A stretch of 64,000 nt of DNA from an uncultured delta proteobacterium (GTDB lineage: Bacteria; Myxococcota_A; Polyangia; Polyangiales; Polyangiaceae): the NCBI GenBank assembly GCA_963841435.1, contig CAWJCS010000005.1, positions 512,001 through 576,000 on the forward strand, read 5' to 3'. The notes below the pieces were generated by a model. The model saw nothing but the letters and a program-made list of their open reading frames with translations. It was not told the origin of the DNA and made no database searches. Both the position numbers and the translations under genes were made by a program. Below are positions 37,548 to 47,475 of this stretch, in pieces. Numbering within the stretch: the stretch's first letter is position 1; each line of letters opens with the position of its first letter.

Positions 37548-38627
37548 ATGCTCGAGACCAAGAATCTACGCGTCGTCAACACCACCGTCCTGAAAAGCCC
37601 GGACGAGGTGGCAGCCGAGTTGCCCGTCGGCGAGCGCGCGCTGGAGACCGTGCTTCGCGCGCGTCGCGAGATCCAGGAGCTGGTAACGGGGCGCGACAAG
37701 CGCCGGCTCGTGATCGTGGGACCTTGCTCGATTCACGACCCCGACGCGGCCATGGACTACGCCGGTCGTCTCTTCGCCCTGCGCGAGCGCGTGGCAGACC
37801 AGCTGCTCGTCGTGATGCGCGTGTACTTCGAGAAGCCGCGCACGACGCTCGGCTGGAAGGGGCTCATCAACGATCCGCATCTCGATGGCAGCTACGACAT
37901 CGCAGCCGGCATCGGCAAGGCACGCTCGCTCTTGCTCCAGATCGCGGAGATGGGCCTGCCGGCGGCCACGGAGATGCTCGATCCGATCATCCCACAGTAC
38001 CTTTCCGATCTCGTGTCGTGGGCGGCCATCGGAGCCCGCACGACGGAGAGCCAAACGCATCGTGAGATGGCGTCGGGGTTGTCGATGCCCATCGGCTTCA
38101 AGAACGGCACCGACGGCGGCCTCAACGTCGCCATCAACGCCATGATTGCGGCTTCGCGTCCGCACAGCTTCCTCGGCATCGACGGCAGGGGCCGGGTCGG
38201 CATCGTGCGGACCCGCGGCAACAAGCACGGCCACCTCGTGCTGCGCGGCGGCAGCCGCGGACCGAACTATCGCTCGGAGGAGGTACGGCGAGCCGTGGAA
38301 GCACTGTCACGCGCCGGCGTGAGCCCGCGCGTCGCCATCGATTGCAGCCACGACAACAGCGAGAAGAAGCCCGAGCGCCAGCCGGAGGTGCTCGCCGACG
38401 TGAGCCTACAGATCCGCGAGGGAGCGCACTACGTCGTGGGGGTCATGCTGGAGAGCAACCTGGTCGCCGGCCGGCAGGACCTCAAGTCACCAGGGAACCT
38501 CAACTACGGGCAGAGCATCACGGACGCGTGCATCGATTTTCCGACGACGGAGCGCGCTCTGCTCGACCTCGCGTCGGCCGTCGCCGCTCGGCGGGGCTCG
38601 CCCCCGAGCAGCCCAACGGCGGGCTGA
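37548..38627 (+). CDS. 3-deoxy-7-phosphoheptulonate (DAHP) synthase, class I (AroF/G/H family)
   Basis: GPCSIHD, RVYFEKPRT, IGARTTESQTHR, DCSH and YGQSITDAC motifs. Confidence 0.95.
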   Translation: MLETKNLRVVNTTVLKSPDEVAAELPVGERALETVLRARREIQELVTGRDKRRLVIVGPCSIHDPDAAMDYAGRLFALRERVADQLLVVMRVYFEKPRTTLGWKGLINDPHLDGSYDIAAGIGKARSLLLQIAEMGLPAATEMLDPIIPQYLSDLVSWAAIGARTTESQTHREMASGLSMPIGFKNGTDGGLNVAINAMIAASRPHSFLGIDGRGRVGIVRTRGNKHGHLVLRGGSRGPNYRSEEVRRAVEALSRAGVSPRVAIDCSHDNSEKKPERQPEVLADVSLQIREGAHYVVGVMLESNLVAGRQDLKSPGNLNYGQSITDACIDFPTTERALLDLASAVAARRGSPPSSPTAG

Positions 38628-38674
38628 GCGGTGCCGCCGGGCGAGGCTCCCCGCGCTCGCGCCGTGCCACGACG

Positions 38675-39922
38675 TCAGTTCAGCGGGAAGCTGGTTCCGT
38701 AGCTGAGGGCGATGAGAATCGCTTCGCTCGGCAGGATGTCGGGCCGGCCGCCGTAGCGCTGGTACGCGCCGCGCGCTCCCGCATCGAACGCGAACCCGTG
38801 CCTGAGATCGTAGCTCATGGCCGCCTGCGCGGTGAACGACTGCGAGGAATACGGGTTCGCGGACACCAGCGAGGCAGCAGCCTGAGACCCTAGTGAAAGC
38901 GTCAAGCGGCTGCCGGTCCAACGGACGAGGAGCGATGACGCCACGCGCCAGTCGAGCGTCCCCGTGGCCGCGTCCAGAACGGGGTCGAGATTCGTGGCCA
39001 ACTGCGACCCGAACGTGCCCCTGCCGAGCTGCGTGGTGTAAAGAAGCGAGACTCCGCCCGTAGGCGACAAGCCGTCGTCCGTCGGCTGGCCCGTCTGCAT
39101 GTTGCGGATGTAGCCGGCGCCGCCACCCAGCGTGCCTCGGAAATTCGGAGTGAACTGATGATTGATCGACTCAGTCACCGTCACGCTGTAGCTGCGCGTG
39201 GGAGCGACGCTACGCCCCGCGTTTTGACCGAGCTCGCTCCTGTAGTAGCGCCCAGCGGCAACGCTGGAGACCTCGTCGCGCGGGCTGAGGGTGCTTCGCA
39301 GGGACACTGAGCCGTCGGGACCCTGGATGAGAGGGTACTGGCGGCGGGCCTTGACCCCCAGACCTCCGGAAACGGCGTAGCCGAGCCCCAATGCCGAGCT
39401 GTTGTTGGGCGACAGCAGGTGAGTTGCACTAAAGCTCGTACGCTCCGACCCGTAGCTCACGGCTTCGGCGACCGCACGCGACGTCAACGTGCCAGGCGGT
39501 GGCGTAGTCGGCTGCTGCGGGGTCGCGCCGCCGGGACTGATCGGCTGGTTCGACAGCGCCTCGCGCTGGAAATTGCGCTGGGCCCACGTCACGTTCTGCG
39601 TCAGGGAGTAGGTCGTGCGCGGGGAGCCGAAGTTCACGTCACCCTGCGCGTCAACGGCGTGGAGGAACTCGATTTGCCGATCCGGCGTGGTGCGATAGAG
39701 CCGCTCCCTGGCCGTGGAGTTCTCGAGCGGAGCGACGAGAAACGTCGGCGTGTAGCCCGCCCCGAGGTGCGCCCGGGGCCAGGTGAGCGACAGGCGCGTG
39801 TAGGGCCGCGTTTCGGCTTCGAGATCGAGGCGCGTGCGATTGTGGACGAGGCGCGTCTCGGTGCGATCGCCCATCGACAACGCGATGGTTTGTGCAAGGA
39901 CGGGCACGACCAGCGCGAGCAT
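38675..39922 (-). CDS. Hypothetical secreted, probably outer-membrane beta-barrel protein
   Basis: Signal-like N-terminus, alternating amphipathic Ser/Thr/Gly/Tyr strands and aromatic residues near the C-terminus. Confidence 0.5.
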   Translation of the reverse strand: MLALVVPVLAQTIALSMGDRTETRLVHNRTRLDLEAETRPYTRLSLTWPRAHLGAGYTPTFLVAPLENSTARERLYRTTPDRQIEFLHAVDAQGDVNFGSPRTTYSLTQNVTWAQRNFQREALSNQPISPGGATPQQPTTPPPGTLTSRAVAEAVSYGSERTSFSATHLLSPNNSSALGLGYAVSGGLGVKARRQYPLIQGPDGSVSLRSTLSPRDEVSSVAAGRYYRSELGQNAGRSVAPTRSYSVTVTESINHQFTPNFRGTLGGGAGYIRNMQTGQPTDDGLSPTGGVSLLYTTQLGRGTFGSQLATNLDPVLDAATGTLDWRVASSLLVRWTGSRLTLSLGSQAAASLVSANPYSSQSFTAQAAMSYDLRHGFAFDAGARGAYQRYGGRPDILPSEAILIALSYGTSFPLN

Positions 39923-40114
39923 GGTGTCGAAAGCGGAACGCTCGGGTTCGTTACCAGAGTTTCACGCGGGGGCCAACGGCACCCGGCGCGGGCGGAGGGT
40001 GAAGACGTCGCTCGCGCCCCCGGCGACCAGGCAACGCTCGGCACGCGCGAGGGCGCCCGCGTTCGCCACGTCGCGTCGCGTTCGCGACGGCACCGTCCCG
40101 AGCCATACCGAGCC

Positions 40115-41137
40115 CTACGATCGATCGCTTGCGCCAGCAAGCCCCGCGGGCCCACCGGGTGTCGCCGGGGCGGGTGGTGCTGCCATCGCGCCCTCGGCTC
40201 TGGAAGCGGCTCGCGAGCGCTTCGCGAGCAAGAGCCCGATGGTACCGAGCGCTGCGGCCCACGCGAGCTGAACGGCATGAAAAACGACACTTGCGGACAC
40301 CATCGAAGCGGCGGCGACCCCGAGCGCCGGCCCGGCCACCGCGAGCGCGGCGTCGGTGGGGCCAACCTGGCCGGGAATCGCGTCGCCGGCCGCCGACGCC
40401 ATCATCGTGACGGCGAGCGTCATCGCGCCGAGCGCCGGCGAAAACGGGGCGCCGACCGCACGCAGGATGGTCGTGAAGAGAGCGATCTGGAACACCCGAG
40501 CGAGGATCAGTGCGAGCGCCGCCGTCGGAACGATCATGCGCTGCGCGCGCACCGCGCGGCGGTACTCACCGGCCGCGCGCAAGAAGCGCGGGAAGCGCCG
40601 CATCATCAAATCGGGCAGCGTGCTTTTCACGCCGAGCACGATCAAGAGGAACAGCCCCGTGCACACGGCGGCGAACCCGAGCAGCGTGAAGGTGATGGGC
40701 GAGAGACCGAACCGCAAAAGCGCGAACACGAGCGCCGCGATTCCCACGCAGGCGTCGGCGAGGAGGCTATTCGCCTGGCTCGCGCCGGCCACGGCGACGA
40801 CGCGGAGCTTGCCGGCGTGAGGCGCGAGCAATGCGGCCTTGGACACCTCGCCGACGACACGCCCACCCGGAACGACCGTGGCAACCGCATAGAACACTGC
40901 CTGAGCGCGTAGCAGCGCGCCGAGCGGCACGCGCCGCGCCGCCGAGCCGAGGAGCGCATGCGTGGCCAGGCTCTCGAGCGGCAGCCGCGCACCCTCACAC
41001 AGGAGCAAGATGGGAACGAATGGCCCCGCGAGAACTAGCGCGTGCTGGACGCGCCCCGCCCCTGCCCACGTGACGGCGAGCACCACGAGGGCGAGACCCA
41101 AGACCAGAAGCAGCACGCGCCGCGCGTCGAGCCGCAT
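40115..41137 (-). CDS. Lysylphosphatidylglycerol-synthase TM domain protein
   Basis: Multi-TM protein with VPGGRVVGEVSKA and IPGQVGPTD motifs. Confidence 0.7.
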   Translation of the reverse strand: MRLDARRVLLLVLGLALVVLAVTWAGAGRVQHALVLAGPFVPILLLCEGARLPLESLATHALLGSAARRVPLGALLRAQAVFYAVATVVPGGRVVGEVSKAALLAPHAGKLRVVAVAGASQANSLLADACVGIAALVFALLRFGLSPITFTLLGFAAVCTGLFLLIVLGVKSTLPDLMMRRFPRFLRAAGEYRRAVRAQRMIVPTAALALILARVFQIALFTTILRAVGAPFSPALGAMTLAVTMMASAAGDAIPGQVGPTDAALAVAGPALGVAAASMVSASVVFHAVQLAWAAALGTIGLLLAKRSRAASRAEGAMAAPPAPATPGGPAGLAGASDRS

Positions 41138-41283
41138 GACTGAACGCCTATTTAGCATGCCTTCGTGACGAACGTGAAACCGTCGCGCAAGAACGTCAAG
41201 GCTTCGTGCCAAACGCGACTGCTCGCCGACGCTGGCGACGCCAGGGCTACTTCGCGAGATCGCGCTGGGGCGTCGACGACCTT

Positions 41284-42894
41284 CTAGCGCCGTCTCGGGG
41301 ACGACAGGAGCCAGGTGATGCCGCTCGCGGCAAGACCGACAACGAGCGTGAAGAGCGTCCAGAGCGGGCGCGCCGTGAGCAGCGCGCGCCGCTGAATCAC
41401 GACGAGCAGAAGCTGCACGAACAGCGCCGCGATGCCGTAGGCCGCGGCGCCGTAGAGAACGGTGCCCCGCAAGCGGGCCATGGTTTCTAGGCTCCGCGGC
41501 GTGCTCGGCCACACGACGCGCAAAAGATACCGGAGCCACAGCACGAGCGGCGTGACCAGGGCCGCCGCCACGCCCACGAGCGACAGCACGGCTTCCACCT
41601 GGCTGAGATCGGTCACGTCGTCGCCCGAGTAGCGGATGGCGCTCCCCACGAGCACCGATAAGCTCGCGAGCAACCACAAGAACCCGAGCGAGGTGAACAG
41701 GAGCAGCCCCGGCCGCGCCACCTGCACGCTCTGCTGCGTGCGTTCGAGTGCGTCCCTAAAGGCTTTCGGCGCGAAGCGCCGCACGGCCGTCGTCACCGCG
41801 CCGTCGGGCGTGGGCCCTGGCGGCAAGGAAGGCGGCAATGCCGACGGCCGGCTCGCGAGGTCCGGATCGAAGCCCGCGAGCTCGCGGTCTAGCTCGGCCA
41901 TGCTCTGGTAGCGGTCGCGTGGCTCCTTCGCCATGGCACGCTGCACGACGAGCTCGAGCGAAAGCGGCAGCCCGGGAAGCAAAGTCGTCGGGCGATCAGG
42001 CTCCTGCACGAGCACCGCCGTGAGCGTCGCCATGGGGTCGAGACCCTCGAAGGGCTTTCTACCCGTGAGCGCGCGGTAGAGGATCGCTCCAACGGCGTAG
42101 ACGTCGGCACGAGTGTCGACCTTGTCGCCCCGCGCCTGCTCGGGAGCCATGTAGTCGGGCGTGCCCATGACCATGCCGGTCTTGGTGAGCGACTCGCCAC
42201 CCGCCGTCGCGACCTTCGAGATGCCAAAGTCCAGGACCTTGACGTGCGTGTTCTCGAGGCGCGTCACGTCACCCGTCAAGAACACGTTCTCTGGCTTCAC
42301 GTCGCGGTGCACGACACCCTTCTCGTGTGCCGCGGTGAGTGCCTTGCAGATTTGCCGCACGATGCGCACCGCGTCGGCCGGGGCGACCTTGCCGACGCGA
42401 TCGAGATACTGGCCGAGCTCCTCGCCCGACAGGAGCTCCGCCACGATGAATGGCTGGCCGTCGTTCGTGACGTTCACGTCGTGAACGCCGAGCACGTTCG
42501 GATGCGAGATGGCGCTCGCCGCCTCGGCCTCTCGCTGGAAGCGCGTCACCACCTCGGGCTGCCGCGCCAGATCGGCATGCAGGAGCTTCACGGCGAAGCG
42601 CTTGCCCGGCAGACGCAAGTGCCGCGCCTCGTAGACGCGCCCCATCCCCCCCTCGGCGAGCAGCCGCGTCACCTCGTACGAATCGCCGAGCAGCTGCCCG
42701 ACGAGCGGATCTTCGCCCTCGGGAGCATCTTCGAGCGGCACGGCGTCGCGCGGGCACACCCGAAAGTCGCTAGGGAAACGCCCGCCGCAAATCGGGCAGC
42801 GGCGCGACTGAAGAGCGTGCGACGACGACCTCGCCGACGGCGGCGCGGGCGAGGCAGCTGCCGCGAGCGGCCCGGGGGCCGAGGGGTCCGGCAT
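41284..42894 (-). CDS. Hanks-type Ser/Thr protein kinase with N-terminal zinc ribbon and C-terminal TM helices
   Basis: [22 protein letters not shown] and [10 protein letters not shown] motifs, with CPIC...CPRD at the N-terminus. Confidence 0.93.
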   Translation of the reverse strand: MPDPSAPGPLAAAASPAPPSARSSSHALQSRRCPICGGRFPSDFRVCPRDAVPLEDAPEGEDPLVGQLLGDSYEVTRLLAEGGMGRVYEARHLRLPGKRFAVKLLHADLARQPEVVTRFQREAEAASAISHPNVLGVHDVNVTNDGQPFIVAELLSGEELGQYLDRVGKVAPADAVRIVRQICKALTAAHEKGVVHRDVKPENVFLTGDVTRLENTHVKVLDFGISKVATAGGESLTKTGMVMGTPDYMAPEQARGDKVDTRADVYAVGAILYRALTGRKPFEGLDPMATLTAVLVQEPDRPTTLLPGLPLSLELVVQRAMAKEPRDRYQSMAELDRELAGFDPDLASRPSALPPSLPPGPTPDGAVTTAVRRFAPKAFRDALERTQQSVQVARPGLLLFTSLGFLWLLASLSVLVGSAIRYSGDDVTDLSQVEAVLSLVGVAAALVTPLVLWLRYLLRVVWPSTPRSLETMARLRGTVLYGAAAYGIAALFVQLLLVVIQRRALLTARPLWTLFTLVVGLAASGITWLLSSPRRR

Positions 42895-42949
42895 GGGTTC
42901 TTCATATTACCCTAGCTCACGCGGCTTCACAGCGGGGCCGCCCGGCGCC

Positions 42950-44020
42950 ATGACGAACGAGCCGTTGCTCCGCATCGACGACCTCTCGGTGAGCTTTCGT
43001 ACCGGGGCCGGAGTGGTGCGCGCCGTCAACGGCGTGAGCTTCGTCGTTTACCGCGGGGAGACGCTCGCCGTGGTCGGCGAGTCAGGCTGTGGAAAATCAG
43101 TGACGGCACTTGCCGTGCTCGGGCTCCTGCCGAGCCCTCCGGCGGAGATCACGCGCGGCTCGGTACGCTTCGAGGGTGAAGAGCTCGTCGGCGCGAGCGC
43201 CGAGCGTCTGCGCAAACTGCGCGGCAACGAGATCTCGATGATCTTCCAGGAGCCGATGACGAGCCTGAACCCAGTGTTCAGCATCGGCGATCAGATCGGC
43301 GAAGGCCTCGTGCTTCACCGCGGCCTCTCCGAGGAGCAGGCTCGAGTGGAAGCCGCACGCCTGCTCGACCTCGTGCGCATCCCCGCGCCCGAGCGCCGCC
43401 TCGACGAATACCCGCACCAGCTTTCGGGTGGCATGCGCCAGCGCGTGATGATCGCGATCGCGCTCGCCTGTCGGCCGAAGCTGCTCATCGCCGACGAGCC
43501 CACGACGGCGCTCGACGTGACCGTCCAGGCGCAAATCCTCGAGCTCTTGCTGGACCTGCAGAAAAAGCTCGAAATGGCCATCGTGCTCATCACGCACGAC
43601 CTCGGCGTCGTCGCGGAGACGGCCGAGCGCGTCGCCGTGATGTACTCGGGGCGGGTCGTCGAGAGCGCGACCACCCGCGAGCTTTTCGCGCACCCGCGCC
43701 ATCCGTACACGGCGGGGCTCTTCCTCTCGCTGCCGCGCGTCGATCGCGAGGGGGCCCCGCTCCGGCCCATCGAAGGTAGCGTGCCCGACCCGATGCATTC
43801 ACCGTCCGGCTGTCGGTTCCACCCGCGCTGCCCGTTCCAGATGCCCGTGTGCAGCGAGCGCGAGCCGCCGCTCGAGACGCGCGGCTCGTCTTCCGAAAGC
43901 ACGCACCGCTCGGCATGCTTCTACGTAGACCAGCATCCCGACGCCGATCTGGTCGCCGAGACGCTCGGCCGCGATCACGTGGCCGCCGCTGCCGCCGCTG
44001 CCGCCGCGGAGGAAGCGTGA
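42950..44020 (+). CDS. Oligopeptide ABC ATP-binding protein (OppD/DppD type)
   Basis: [30 protein letters not shown] and GCRFHPRC motifs. Confidence 0.93.
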   Translation: MTNEPLLRIDDLSVSFRTGAGVVRAVNGVSFVVYRGETLAVVGESGCGKSVTALAVLGLLPSPPAEITRGSVRFEGEELVGASAERLRKLRGNEISMIFQEPMTSLNPVFSIGDQIGEGLVLHRGLSEEQARVEAARLLDLVRIPAPERRLDEYPHQLSGGMRQRVMIAIALACRPKLLIADEPTTALDVTVQAQILELLLDLQKKLEMAIVLITHDLGVVAETAERVAVMYSGRVVESATTRELFAHPRHPYTAGLFLSLPRVDREGAPLRPIEGSVPDPMHSPSGCRFHPRCPFQMPVCSEREPPLETRGSSSESTHRSACFYVDQHPDADLVAETLGRDHVAAAAAAAAAEEA

Positions 44021-45556
44021 GCTCGGAGCCGCTGCTCTCGGTCGAGGGGCTCACCAAACATTTTCCGGTGACGAGCGGCCTGTTCGGCAAGGTGAGCGGC
44101 TGGGTGCGCGCTGTCGACGACGTGAGCTTCGAGCTCGGGCGCGGTGAGACGCTCGGCCTGGTAGGCGAATCGGGGTCGGGCAAGACGACCGTCGGGCGCT
44201 CGCTGCTCCGGCTCATCGAGCCGACCTCGGGCCGCATCGTCTTCGACGGCACCGACGTGCGCGCCGCCGGCGCCTCGGACCTGCGCCGCCTCAGGCGCTC
44301 GATGCAGATCGTGTTCCAGGACCCGTACAGCTCGCTCAATCCGCGGCTTCGCGTGCTCGACATCGTGGGCGAGGCGCTCGAGGTGCACGGCCTGACACGG
44401 GGCGCCGAGACCGAGCGCCGCGTCGCGGAGCTGCTCGCGAAGGTGGGGCTCTCGCCGGGCTGGATCAACCGCTATCCTCACGAATTCTCCGGCGGCCAGC
44501 GGCAGCGCATCGGCGTGGCGCGCGCCATCGCGCTCGATCCGAAGCTCGTCGTGCTCGACGAGCCGGTCTCGGCGCTCGACGTGTCGATTCAAGCTCAGGT
44601 CGTGAACTTGCTCGCAGAGCTGCGCCGCGACATGGGTCTCGCCTACCTCTTCATCGCGCACGACCTCTCCGTCGTCCGGCACTTGTCGCACCGCGTCGCC
44701 GTGATGTACCTCGGCGAGCTCGTCGAGCTGGCGACGACGACGCGCCTGTTCACCGCACCGTCGCACCCGTACACGCGGGCGCTGCTTTCCGCGATCCCGA
44801 TTCCCGATCCCACCGAGCGCCGCAAGCGCCTCGTGCTCGTGGGGGACATTCCGAGCCCGCTCGACCCGCCCTCCGGCTGTCGCTTCCACACGCGCTGCCC
44901 CGCCGTCATGGAGCGCTGCAGGAGCGAGCCGCCCCCGAGCTACGAGCCCGAGCCGGGGCACCTGATCCGCTGCTTTCACGCCGAGGGGCTTTCGGGCACC
45001 GGCTACTTTGCCGAGCTCGAGAGTCGCATCGAAAGCCGACAGGAGAAGAACGCGTGTGCGGCGCCGCCATCACGCTCTGCCTCCCTCGGCGAGCTCATCG
45101 AGCCGAGCGAGCCCGTCCCGAGCCGGGCGGGCGAGGGCGATGCCGAGGCCCGCGCATCGCCACCCCGCCCGCGACGCAAGGCCCTCGCGTGGGTGAGCGA
45201 GCGGCCAGCGCGCCGCAACGCGCTCGCCATGGCGCTCGTCCTTTTGCTCATCGTCGGCACGAGCGTCTGGCGCTCGACCGTGCGCCGCGAGCGCGCCGAG
45301 CGCGTGCTCAATCGCCTCACCGCTGAAATCGTCGACCGCGAGCGCGTGACGGGCACGCTTCCCGACACGCTCGCCAATCTCGGCTGGCGCCTGCCGCCCA
45401 TCGTCGAACGGGACGAACGCCACGGATCCGTGGGGGCACTCCATCGATTTTCGGGTGCTCCCCGCGGCGCCCGCGAGCGCGCCGCGTTTCGAGGTGCGAA
45501 GCCTCGGACCCGACGGCAAACCGAGCGCCGACGACCTCGTACGACAGGGTCGCTGA
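44017..45556 (+). CDS. OppF-type ABC ATPase fused to a TM helix and GspG pseudopilin-like domain (+1 frameshift at ~45407-45418)
   Basis: ATPase motifs GESGSGKT and FSGGQRQR, then [15 protein letters not shown]. The shifted frame reads [10 protein letters not shown]...[17 protein letters not shown] and stops at 45556. Confidence 0.8.
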
Positions 45557-45580
45557 GCGTCGCGTGCCGTTCGCCGCGGA

Positions 45581-47341
45581 CTACTCGGCTTCGAACGCGC
45601 CGATATCCGGGTCGCCGTCGTCCGGGCGCGGCCGCCCGGACGCGGGCTCGACGTACTCGAACGACACGGGGTGCCCGCTCGCGGCCGAGGGCAGCGCGCC
45701 CGCCACACCGATGCACGGCGAGCCCGGAGCCAGCGAAAAGTCCTGTGCGGCGGCGTCGGCGAAGCCCGGATCGCTGCCCTCGAGGTTGCCGCCGTCGCCA
45801 ACGGAGCCGGTCAGCGTGTCGTGCGTGTCAACCCAGCCCGACGGCAAGAAATTGTCCGCGAGCGAGACGCTCCCCATCCCCGCCGAGACGGCCAATCGAT
45901 CGCCCCCCGCCGTCGCGTAAAACACGTTGTCACGCGCGTCAACGCTTTCGTCCTCGCTCGAGAGCCGAAAGAGCGTGGTGTTTCCGTTGCGCGTCGAGAC
46001 CACGGTGTTGAAGTAAAAATAGAGCGTGCCCTTGCGGTACTTCGATTCGTCACCGCCGTCGCCGCCGTAGTGCGCGATCTGACTGTTGCCGGCGCCGTCG
46101 GGCTCGAGGAGCAGATTGCCGTAGACGAACGTCTCGCGGTAGCGCGGGTCGCCGATGAGCTCGTCGTAGTCGCTCTCGACGAGGTCGAGCTGCCGGTTAC
46201 CGGATTCGATGAAATTGTAGCGAATGACGGTGCCCGCCGAGCGATCTTTGAGGTTGTTGCCGTCGCAGCCGTCGCAGAGCGGACCGTAGTGGTTGTATTC
46301 GAAGGTGATCGCCGTGCTCTCGGTGTAGCTATTGTGCTCGTAGATGCTACCGGCGTTGCCGTTGTCGTAGACGTGGTTACCCGAGATCAGCACGTTGGAC
46401 GTGCCGCTCGACGCGAAGATGCCGTTGCCGCAGCCGTGGATCTCGTTGTTCACGACGCGGATGTCGTCGCCCTCTTCGAGGTAGACGCAGGCGGCGTTGT
46501 CCGCGTACTCGGCGCTCGAGCCGCCGCTGTCCGAAAAGGAGATCCCCGGGCGCGCCGCCTGGATGTCGAGGCAGGCCACCACGACGTGCGCCGCGCCCGC
46601 GTCGGGTACGTTGGCGCCGCCGATCTTCACGATGCCGCGCTCTTCGTTCCAAAAATCGAGCACCGAGCGCGTGCGCGCCCCATCGCCCGAGATCACGGGC
46701 AACACGCCGTTTTCCGGCACACCGAGCACCACGATGGGCTCGCTCGCCGTCCCGGCGGCGTTCAGCACCCACTTGTCGGCGTAGGGCGTGGGCCGCGCGT
46801 GGATGCGCACGAGCGTGCCGGCGGCGAGCAACTCCCACGCGACGTCGGAGGGTGTCTCGACGTCGAGGCCGGGGCCCACCTCGATGACGGTCGCGAAGTC
46901 GCCGGGCTGCCACGGCGGGTCGGCGCAGCCGGGCGGCGCGGTCGCCCCGCCCCCGGTGCCCGCGCCCGCGCTCCCGCCCGACGCGGGTGCGCCACCCTCG
47001 CCCGCAGCGCCCGCCGTGCTCGTGCCGCTTGCTCCACTCCCGCCTCCGGTACCGCCGCCCGCTCCGCCGCCCGAGGCCCCACCGCCGCGCCCCGAGGCGC
47101 CGGCTCCGCCCGAGGTGCCCGCCATGGTGCCCCCGGACGCCACGGTTCCCCCGGCCGGCACGCCGCCGCCTCCCCCGGTGCCGGCACCAGCACGACCGGC
47201 GCCCGGCGCCCCACCGCTCGAGCCACCGCCCGTCTCCGACGACGAGCTACACCCAAACGCCCACCCGACGACCACGACCACGAGCACGACGGCACCACGA
47301 GCAAGCGAGCGGCGACGGACCCCGAGAACGCGACGAACCAC
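45581..47341 (-). CDS. Lipoprotein with Gly-rich linker and right-handed parallel beta-helix (polysaccharide-degrading/lyase-like) domain (start uncertain)
   Basis: AFG-C lipobox, Asn-ladder repeats ([26 protein letters not shown]) and terminal DIGAFE. Confidence 0.75.
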   Translation of the reverse strand: MVRRVLGVRRRSLARGAVVLVVVVVGWAFGCSSSSETGGGSSGGAPGAGRAGAGTGGGGGVPAGGTVASGGTMAGTSGGAGASGRGGGASGGGAGGGTGGGSGASGTSTAGAAGEGGAPASGGSAGAGTGGGATAPPGCADPPWQPGDFATVIEVGPGLDVETPSDVAWELLAAGTLVRIHARPTPYADKWVLNAAGTASEPIVVLGVPENGVLPVISGDGARTRSVLDFWNEERGIVKIGGANVPDAGAAHVVVACLDIQAARPGISFSDSGGSSAEYADNAACVYLEEGDDIRVVNNEIHGCGNGIFASSGTSNVLISGNHVYDNGNAGSIYEHNSYTESTAITFEYNHYGPLCDGCDGNNLKDRSAGTVIRYNFIESGNRQLDLVESDYDELIGDPRYRETFVYGNLLLEPDGAGNSQIAHYGGDGGDESKYRKGTLYFYFNTVVSTRNGNTTLFRLSSEDESVDARDNVFYATAGGDRLAVSAGMGSVSLADNFLPSGWVDTHDTLTGSVGDGGNLEGSDPGFADAAAQDFSLAPGSPCIGVAGALPSAASGHPVSFEYVEPASGRPRPDDGDPDIGAFEAE

Positions 47342-47475
47342 AATCTCGCATTTTACTCCTTCGACCCCCGGAACGCGAGAGCTCCCGTGTGAACGCGCGC
47401 TCTTTCGCGGCCCATGTCCGGCGCCGAGCACGGCACGCTGCCCCGAGGCGTGGGCTAGGCTAGGCGCGCCGAATC

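Noticed and set aside
41195-41213. TTGGCACG on the minus strand upstream of the 41137 gene as a sigma54 promoter
   Set aside because: No GC dinucleotide at the required 10-nt spacing.
43982-44008. GCC/GCT run encoding nine alanines at the OppD C-terminus
   Set aside because: Simple low-complexity tail with no evidence of function.
43849-46011. 720-aa ORF overlapping the convergent beta-helix gene
   Set aside because: The Arg-rich tail after ~45420 is out of frame. The corrected gene stops at 45556.
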